Assembly (NCBI RefSeq): GCF_009914755.1
Contig: NC_060926.1
Direction: 5' to 3' (one strand)
Length of the DNA stretch: 64,000 nt
From: the human T2T-CHM13v2.0 reference genome, Homo sapiens
A program made the position numbers and the translations under genes. Below the pieces are notes generated by a model. That model made no database searches and was not told where the DNA came from. It saw nothing but the letters and a program-made list of their open reading frames with translations. Below are positions 50,141-64,000 of this stretch, piece by piece. Each line of letters opens with the position of its first letter. The stretch's first letter is position 1.

Positions 50141-51629
50141 GAGGCTGATGTTAATTACAGAGCTTGTAATACATGTTTTACCATCAACCGATCCTTTTGA
50201 TGACAGTGTGGCAGTAACAGGGTCACCCTCTCCAGGGGCCTGAGGGTCTGCATTGGAGGAAGGGTTCTCCACTCCTCATTTAGAGCTTTTCAGGAGCTGT
50301 CTCTTTCCAGCTGCGTTCTCACTCCATCTGCTCCTGGCTTCTTGAGATGGGCAGAATCTGCTTGAGGGACTTCCTACCTCGTGCAGGTGTTCCCAGAAGG
50401 CCCATGCGCGGTAGAGCTGCTGCATTAAGAGTGGGTCTTGGCTCTGATTGGCCTGCTGCTTACTTGGCATTTTTAGTAGGGCTCAACCTAGTACTTGTTT
50501 TGCATTTTTGCAGAATTCTGGTGCTTGCTTCTGATTCTGTTTTGCATTTCAAAAGTGTTGCTTCTGAAATTTCTCTTTGGCACCGTGACCACCCTGGCCC
50601 TGGCTCTACGTTTCGGAGGCTCTGGGCATGGCGCCTGTCTTGTGTTCTGGCACTGCGTGCATGCTGCAACAGTCTCTCTGATGATATATTTGGGCGTTCG
50701 AATGATTGATCTTGGATCTTTAGCTTTTCAGAATCTGCATCTTAAATCTGTGAGTTCGTCTGTATATTTAAAGCACTTACTCTTGATCTCAATCAGTTTG
50801 GCTCCATAAAAATAAAGCTTCCTCTGTTACTATATTTGATACTGTGTGTTCATTTAGAAAGCTGAAGGTGAGTAACCCTGCTTTTTATAGGCTGCCTGCT
50901 GACCACAATAGGAAACTGGGCATATTTTGGGAAAGGGGAAAGCATGAATGTGTTGTAAAGCCCAAATCCTGATTTCTAACACTATTGTTTTCATGTGATA
51001 GATTCTACTCGCTATGATGCAAGCTCTTTGAGAGTATGAGTTATTTATTGGAATGCTTCTTACCCCCAGAGTCCACATGTACTTAAAAAAATCGAATGCC
51101 TCGACGTGCCAAGTAGTAGGTATTCAGATGAATGAATTCCTACGAGGAGCCCAGATCACATTAAAGAAAGCTGAATACAGAAGCATTAACTTTTTTCCCT
51201 TTGCTTCCATTTATTGGGATTCCTGGAGCTTAAAAGGCTTACAAAGCACTTCCTTCCAAAAATGTAACCAATACATTACTTACACTGATAAATAACATTT
51301 TTAAAGTGAATACCAATCAAGTTATAAAATACCAACAATAAATTAACAGTAATTTTATCATCAAAGCTACCAAACACATTTTGGATTCTAAGGACACAAC
51401 TGAAGCCAGGTGTCAGGACCACCTTGGCAGTTCACCCCTAGCCCAGGGTCACTGGTTCCCAAGGATCTGCACTGCTGGTGTTAGAAGCAGCCTGCATCCC
51501 TCAATTGTTCCCACCTGGCGGGGGGGGCGGGGCACACCAAGGCAGCACATCTGCCCCCATCTATTCAGAGACAAAGCAACAACAGCTTCTGTTGTTATTG
51601 TTGTTAAATAAATGATTCCTATAATATTT

Positions 51630-51931
<302 letters not shown>

Positions 51932-51959
51932 ATTATATAATATTTTACAATGCTCTTGA

Positions 51960-53230
51960 GCCAGCAGTCATTGAAGCTGAGATTGCACCTTTCCCCCTTT
52001 CATAGTCATTATTCACTTCACACTATTTGAAATTCCAGTGTCACCTCCCCACTGACAACCTCTTGGGAAGGTCACCAGTGCAGGCCTGAGGGCTGGGCCC
52101 TGTGCCTTCACCTGCTTCTCAGTTCTCACTGCTTCTTCCTCTCTCAGCCATTTTTCTTCTCGAAATTCACCTCCCCTAAGCTGCCAGGACTCAGTGCCCC
52201 TGGGGTCCTTGTCTCCTTTTGTGATGATGGCCTCTGCTCTGGGCTATTCCCAGCCCACCCGTGTCACACACTCACCCAGTGTGAATGGGCAGGTGCTGGG
52301 AGGCTCTTCCTGACACCCTCTGCTGTCTCCTGCCTCTGAATGTCTCCTTGGAAACCCCTCCCGCATGAAGGGAGGGAGAGCAGCAGATGTAGCCTGTGTT
52401 CCACCCACCTCATCTCTGGTCCTCTACTCTGATCACACATGTCACCACTTGGCTATGGGGCAGGTGGATGCTAGTCAGAAGCCTCTGCTTTCCTTCTGAC
52501 TTCCTTTCATAACTCCTTAGCACTTCACTGCGGGCTGGAGACCAGATATCCCCCCACCTCCCCACGTCACACACTAGCCCAGTGTGACATCCCCAAGTTT
52601 GTCACACTTCCAGCTGGACACTTATAGTTCAGGGCCTTGTCTTGCTCTTCTTCCAGGATAGGGACATTCTTAGTGGCCTCCTGGGAGGGTCAGGGCTTGC
52701 TCCATCCATTTATCCACTGGAAGTAGATTCCTTACGCATTCTAAGAGCACAATAGAAGGTGATAGTGGCTGTTATTTAGTCATGATGACAGCTTTCCCCT
52801 CTTGGCCTAGCATTTGAGGGCCTTTCACCTTCGGTCCCCTCCCTGACACCTCCAGCTTTACCAGTGCTACTCCAGACAGTCTGGCCAGCTGATGTCTCTC
52901 AGAACATTCCCTTGTGCTTGGCACCCCCACACTTTTGCTGATGCTATTCCCCCTGCCTGGAATGCCTTCCTTTCTTGTCTTTGTCCACATGTTACTGATA
53001 CTTCATCTCCATGGGGAGGCATCTAAACCAAAACAATGTCTTCACCCTCTGAAGGAAGTCCCAGCACGCTGGCTCTCTGACCTCAGTGACACTTGTGCTT
53101 CCTTTCATTATGGCTGCATGCTGTTACTCTAAGGGGACAGGGACTTGTGCATTCTATTTCTTTTCACCTTCTACTATGTCTAATGCACTTGATGCATTTT
53201 GTGTTGCATGCTGTGTGTGTGTGTGAATAA
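51960..53230 (+). mobile_element. L2 relics
   Basis: Pyrimidine-rich L2-like motifs (CCCCTGCCTGGAATGCCTTCC, GGGACAGGGACTTGTG). Confidence 0.55.
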
Positions 53231-53469
53231 ACAACATGACTTCTAGATCTTCAATCAGCTCCTTTGGTTCAAAATTCCAGCAAGAACAGAGCCGAACAAG
53301 TTTAGAAAACAGTTCCTGTGTGTACATGTGTGTGCGTGTGTGCTTTAACTCCAAGATTCCAAATCTTTAAAGACAACTTTTGCTCATCAGATTTTGTGAG
53401 GAGTTTTATCCTGAAGAGAAAATGGGAGAAACAATAAAAATTACATTTATTTTCAATTACATGAGTAAT

Positions 53470-53645
53470 ACTTCTGCAATGATGTCAGTGCTCTGTGTCT
53501 CCACTGTCCAGTGTGGTAGCCATTAGCCACATGTGGCTAGTGAACACATAAAATGTGGCTAGTTTGCTGGAGGAACTGAATTTTTAAATTTTATTTAATT
53601 TAAGTAGCCACAAGTGACTAGTGGCTACCATATTGGGTAGTGCAG
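53470..53645. mobile_element. MER3/MER33 (hAT-Charlie) MITE
   Basis: GGTAGCCATTAGCCACATGTGGCTA...GGAACTGAATTTTTAAATTTTATTTAA...GTGGCTACCATATTGG. Confidence 0.8.
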
Positions 53646-53808
53646 TTTAAGTCGCTCCTCACCCTCTCCATCCCTAGGCACCCCCACCCAGCTCTACTCG
53701 GTGACCAGCGTTAACACTGTGCTGTGTATCTTTACAGATCTTTCTTTGTTCATGACAGCATATTTCACGCACATATTTACATACACACCCCATTGGTTTG
53801 GCCTGTGA

Positions 53809-54122
<314 letters not shown>

Positions 54123-54277
54123 ACAGCCTCCTTTTGAATTAACAGTATGTTTGAGAGCTGTCTGGGGCGGTGCTCAGAGCTCTGCTTCATTCAATTCAGC
54201 TGCTGCCTAGTGTGCATTGCATGGCTGTTCCCTGCCTTATTTAGCCAGCCCTCTATTTTCTTTTTTAATGTTAAAAC

Positions 54278-54419
54278 TTTTTTTTCTTTTGGAAAAAAAA
54301 ATAGAGATGGGGATCTCGCCATATTGCTCAGGCTGGTCTCAAACTCCTGGGCTTAAGTGATCCACCCACCTTGGCCCCCAAAGTGCTGGGATTACAGGTG
54401 TGAGCCACCGCACCTGGCC
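54278..54419 (-). mobile_element. FLAM / Alu left monomer
   Basis: Single left arm. Confidence 0.85.
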
Positions 54420-55010
54420 TTTCCAGTCCCCTATGGATGAGCATTGTAGGCTGTTTCCAAACAAAGGCACCAGATCCATCTCTTACCTGCTTCCCTGTGC
54501 ATACGAGCAGGTGCAGATACCCAGACATGGGCTTTCTGAGCCAAGGGGAGGAAAAGCATCCATGCTTCTCCTGTGGTGCTCTCACCCCTGGTTCTCCTGG
54601 ACTGGGTGTGTAAGGTCAGGGCTGATGTGTGTATGAGCCATAAGTCTGAGATGCTGCTGGGGAGCCATTATTTATTTAGTTTTTTTGAGGAAGCCGACAG
54701 TCGTGTCCTACTCTGATCTCTGTTTCCACTCCCCACACTGAGGAGCTGAAACTTAGATTTTATCAAACAGACTGTGATGAGCCCTAAAAATACTGAGACA
54801 TTAATAACAATTTGAAGCTGACAGACATAGACAGCAGGCATCTGCAAGCTGAGTCAATGCAGGCTTGAGGAAGATCGGGAAGGCTCCACGCCTCATTTTC
54901 TAAGTTAGATTTCTCAAGCCTCATTCATTATGCTCATCCTGGGGCACAAGCATAAGATAACTGGGTTTAAGGGCCTGTGTGTTTGCTAGCATTTGAATAT
55001 TAGGTGTTGA

Positions 55011-55669
<659 letters not shown>

Positions 55670-55839
55670 TAAGCAAAGGAGGCCAGGCCTTGGGCACAGC
55701 AGCGAAGCCAGGGTCAATTAAAGCGAGATGAGAAGCCATCGCTTGTCTCTGGTGGCCACGATGTATCTTGTCTGATGCTTTTTTCCCCTCTTCCTGATTT
55801 CAAACCATGCTAAAATAAAGATTATTAAAGATTCCATAC

Positions 55840-56656
<817 letters not shown>

Positions 56657-56697
56657 TTACACAATATTTTCCCTGTGATTACCGGGGGCTTCTGATG

Positions 56698-57039
<342 letters not shown>

Positions 57040-57260
57040 TAGTGATGGCTGATAAGAAAATGAAGGAGGAAAGCAGTGAACAGCAGGTGACATCCTTTCT
57101 ATTTGAAACGTCCCTCCAGCAGCCAGGAGTGGGAGATATTTGGCAGGAATGGGCCACTGTCAATGAAGAGCTGAGGAAGGGAGAGAGGCGGGGTGGCAGT
57201 GGGAAGAGATGGAGGGCGCAGAGGCTCAGAGGGACAGACTCTACTAAACTGCTCATCTGA

Positions 57261-57996
<736 letters not shown>

Positions 57997-58551
57997 CCAG
58001 CCAAGCTCTTTTCTTTTCTGCACATCCCCTGTCCTAATGTAATCGTAACTTTCATAGTTTTGGTCCTACTTTGGATGCAGTTGGGTATATACCTTTCTCA
58101 TTAAATGGTCTAGCCTAGGAATTTTTCCATGTGGTTGTCTAAATTATGTCTTGTTTGTCGCCGAAATTATTTTGTTGTCTTCCAAATTGTGTCATGGAGG
58201 TTTGCACTTAATCGATACCTTTCAGCCAGCTGGCTAAGCTCCACTCAGAGTTCCTTTGTTTACAAACATCCTGGTGAAGTGTGTCCTGTGCCTGTGATTA
58301 GCAGGTGTGAGAGAAATAGATGCTGGTTCTGGAAGGCTCCTGCCTGTGGCTTTCTCCCCTGAGTTTTCATCAGCTTTTCAATGTATCTGTTTTACTGGGC
58401 AGTCTTCAGACTCTGGCCCCAGTTCCTCTTGTTTCTTACGGCTGGTCTCAAATCTCGCACATCACCCTGGTGGTGTGGTTTTATTGGTGCCAGCCTTCCT
58501 TAGTGGTGGAATGAGTTTCTAATCCAGTTTGCATTGCCAGTGTGGCTATGA

Positions 58552-59041
<490 letters not shown>

Positions 59042-59701
59042 TGACTTCTGCTTCTTCTCTAGATGGTCTCCCTTCTTCTTAGCTCTCTAAACTCAAATTC
59101 AACCATAGCCAGACCCATGGCTACCCTTCCTAATAAACCATTCTTATCCTCCAGTACCTCCTCTTCAGAAAGCCCTCAAACAGCTGCAGAATGCCACGGA
59201 GCTCCTCCCTGGGCAGTCAGAGCTTCTTGCAGCCTTGGGGCCCACAGGACTGCTGCTTGGAATCTCCCCTCCAGCTACTCTCAGGCCTTTTCTGCTCCTG
59301 AAGAGACCATTGAAATTCTTGAGTCTTAAAAATATGCATACCTTTTGACTCTATTTCTGGAAATCCAGCCTAATGAAATAATCCAGAAAATGGAAAAAGC
59401 TGTAATGTCTGCACACTCTTTCCAGCATTGTTTTAAATAGCATGAAAGTGTAAACAAGATATATGTCAAACAATATGGAAAAGATTTGATGCATTATTGT
59501 GGATCTTCTTACTGGAATTTGAAGCATACATTCACAACGATAGTTATGATGACAATTCAACACCCAGATAAACACTTAAGAAATAGAATGAAGAGGACCA
59601 GGGAGCTGCCAGTTATGGAGTGTTGTCCCAGCACACACTCGGTGTTTTGCTCACCTCCCACAGACAAAGAAACCCACAGAGGGCGTGGCACACCTGCCTG
59701 A

Positions 59702-60088
<387 letters not shown>

Positions 60089-60556
60089 CCACTATGTAAT
60101 GATTCTCCGGAATGCCTGCTGTACACTGAGATCTGGGTGCCAGGTGCCTGCAAGGAGCTCCCAGGCAAGCTTAGGTTCTGAAACCACATGCATGTGTGCC
60201 CCTTTGCTCAACAGTTTCTCTTGCCAGGACCCCCTTTTTCTCCTGTTCTCCTGGTAGGCCCACCTCCTTCCAGGCTCTGCCTCAATTCTTCCTCCCCTGT
60301 GAAGCCCTCCTTGACCAACCAGCCTGAGGAGCACACACCCTCCTTTGAGCTTTTGCAACACATAAAACTTTCCATGAGAAACATCAGTATACCCAAGCCG
60401 CTTATATTTTATTGATTGTGCCTTTTCTCTCCAACTAGACTGTAAGAGCCTCCAAACCAGCCCTGTGTCTTGGCAATGTCTCATATAGCCAGGTAGCTCT
60501 TGGCACAGTGGGGGGGACTCATAATGGATACTCAATATATGAGTCAGCAAATCTTA

Positions 60557-61357
<801 letters not shown>

Positions 61358-62342
61358 CTATCTGCCAACTTTTTAAAAAACTTTTTATTTTGAAATATGG
61401 ATTCATGGGCAGTTGCAAAGAAATGCGCAGAGAGGTCCTTTGTACCCTTCACCCAGCCTCCCCTAGTGTGAACATCCTGCGTAACTATAGTTCAGTATCC
61501 ACACCAGGAACTTGGGGGGTGCCATCCACAGAGTCTGTTCAGATTTCGTCAGTTACACCTGATTTTCAAGAATAATCCATCCTGGAAATTGTCCTTTCCT
61601 ACTTGAGCACATTTTCTTCATATCCCCACCTGGCATATTTATTCTCAGTTCAAATCTCCTGCAGCTCTGAAGTCAGAGGGCCTCCCTGGCTCTGTTCCTG
61701 ACTCTGTTCCTCACTTCCTGTGTGATCGTAGGCAAATTAACTAACCTCTGTGAGCCCTGGTTTTCTCTTCTGAAGATTAACAATACTAACCTCATGGGAT
61801 TTTATTTTTTTAACAAAGTGCTCAAGTTAGGCAGTTAAAATAATAGGCACTCAGGACATGTCTATTTTCTTTTCACCCTTTCTGACATGGAAAACCCTCT
61901 TTCTCACTAAACAATGGAATCCTTCTCATTTAAATAATGTTCAAAGTTAGTCTCCTCTGACCCCTTCCCATCCCATCTCTAGTTTCCTCAGCAACCTTGC
62001 TCTGTGTGTGTTTAACAGTTAATTCTTATGATCCTGATTATATGTTCCATGTTCCTGGTGAATATATTTTCAATTCTATTTTTTACCTACCAACAATATA
62101 AGGTATTTGCAGGCAGAGACCTCAGTTCTTTATTTTTACAAGTCAACATATTAGATAAGAGCCTAGGTTTAGTGCCATCTGTAAAACAAGGATAACTGTA
62201 TCAACCTCATAGGGTTTTTGTAAAGATTAAATGAAAGAATGCATAATGCCTGGAACAGACAAGCTCAAAACACTTTAGCTGTTGTTGACGGTCATGATGA
62301 TGCCCTTTCACTTGTGTTTCCTCATGGAGCCTTGTCCTCGGG

Positions 62343-62634
62343 TAGGGTCTCACTCTGTCACTCAGGCTGGAGTATGGTGGTATGCAGTGCAAGGTATGAT
62401 CACTGCTCACTGTAGCCTTGACCTCCCAGTCTCAAGCGATCCTCCCACCTCAGCCTCCCAAGTAGCTGGGACTACAGGCATGCGCCACCATGCCTGGCTG
62501 ATTTTATTTTTATGTTTAGAGATGAGGTCTCACTTTGTTGCCCTGGCTGGTCTCAAACTCCTGGGCTCAAGTGATCCTCCCACCTCGACCTCCCAAAGTG
62601 TTGAGATTACAGGTGTGAGCCACCATGCTTGGCC
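62343..62634 (-). mobile_element. AluJ lacking a tail
   Basis: Dimer body. Confidence 0.85.
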
Positions 62635-62819
62635 TTGGATTTAGATGTCTTAATAGCGATTGGTACTTCACATCCAAGAATAAAATAAAGATAAAGGACA
62701 TTAAGGGCTATCGTTGCTCCAACATTCCATTTTATTCTACCCTGCCTTTTTTCTCCTAAGTTGGGAAAAAGATTTTAATAATAATTATCATAGTAATACT
62801 GATGATGATGATGATGAAA

Positions 62820-63010
62820 GCTAACAATTACTGAGTTCTTACTGTGTGCTAGGAATAGTTGTAAGAACTTCACTCTGTTAACTTATCTAGTCTTCACCAC
62901 AACCCTATTAAGTAGATTCCCTTCCTTCCATTTTGCGGATAAGTAGACCAAGGCACACAAGATTGTACAGCTTTGCCAAAGCTGAAGCTGGGTTTGAAAC
63001 CAGGCTTTCT
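62820..63010 (-). mobile_element. MIR
   Basis: TTACTGAGTTCTTACTGTGTGCTAGG...CCATTTTGCGGATAAG...GGGTTTGAAACCAGG. Confidence 0.75.
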
Positions 63011-63732
63011 ATTTCCCCAAAATGGTTGGGATAAAATTTTCCTGCTGTTAGTGGTCCCGAGAGACAGAGAATGGAAAAACATTCTGTTCATTTTCATCTA
63101 TTCTTTGCTTGAAGAGCATATCAAAGCCCAAAGAAGCCTGTAGTTCATGAAGAATTGAAGCCCTGACATTAAATCAATCAGACACGTTTCTCTCCTTTTA
63201 AATCCCCATCCTCAATTAAGGTGGCAATCAGATTAACCAAGATTGGCCGGAAACGGGTGAGTGTCTCGGAAGCTCTAGAGCTCCAAAAGGTCAGGCCACT
63301 GACAGCTACTGATTTGTGTGTTACTTCAGGCAAGTCTCACCCACACTATCTCCCCAGGGAGAATTCAGCTGCTGTTTAATTCTACTCCCGGTAAGATCTG
63401 TTTGGAAACTCAAATCCTGCCTCCTTCCCCAAATTCATTTTCATCAGCATTTCCTCTTGATCTCTTCAATCCTGAATCTTTCCCAGATGAGATACATGTC
63501 CCGGCCCCTGCAGATGTACCCCTCTCCTGCAGCCACATGGTACTGTTTGATTTCCTTAGCACCAATAAAACAAAACCAGGCTCTGCCTGAATGATTCCTG
63601 GCTTTAATTACCAAAGGCAAATTGCTGCGTCACTCAGAATAATGAAAAACTGGAAACAACAGAGAATGATTAAATAAATCAGGATCCAGTCAAAAGATGA
63701 AATAATAAGTAGCCATTAAAATGAAGTTTTAA

Positions 63733-64000
<268 letters not shown>

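Noticed and set aside
50732-50749. 18-nt in-frame neural microexon
   Set aside because: In the phase-1 EFR3B frame it contains TAA, so it cannot be a coding microexon

Overview
Primate (human-like) genomic DNA with very high Alu density (about 60 copies) and one CpG island (~28.2-29.3 kb). The island contains a + strand first exon ending in ...GCCGAG ATG TAC G|GTAAGG, i.e. only 7 coding nt (Met-Tyr-Gly...). From memory this matches the N-terminus of EFR3B (MYGVCGCCGALRPRYK...). Everything downstream (28,756-64,000) is intron 1; exon 2 was not found. The upstream 28 kb is intergenic or lncRNA territory (probably the 3' part of DNAJC27-AS1, from recalled gene order). It holds a fossil LTR33/ERVL provirus, MER47, MER53, a broken MER21 LTR and L2/L3/MIR relics. 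The intron holds an internally deleted LTR13, an L1M 3' end carrying a full-length 7SL retropseudogene, MER3 and a MER66-like LTR. Almost all ORFs in the track are Alu or CpG-island artefacts. The most notable observations are: (1) a ~48-nt retroposed mini-element with A-tail and 17-bp TSD that resembles the transcription-start segment of the MER66-like LTR; (2) a 111-bp locally templated insertion inside an Alu; (3) a ~545-bp inversion recorded by two independently broken repeats; (4) a 118-bp tandem duplication that preserves both the filled and the empty LTR13 site; (5) a stop/start-overlapping uORF pair in the EFR3B leader; (6) minus-strand exon-like blocks that may be a lost gene. Repeat family names come from recalled consensus sequences, not from a RepeatMasker run; repeat boundaries are approximate.
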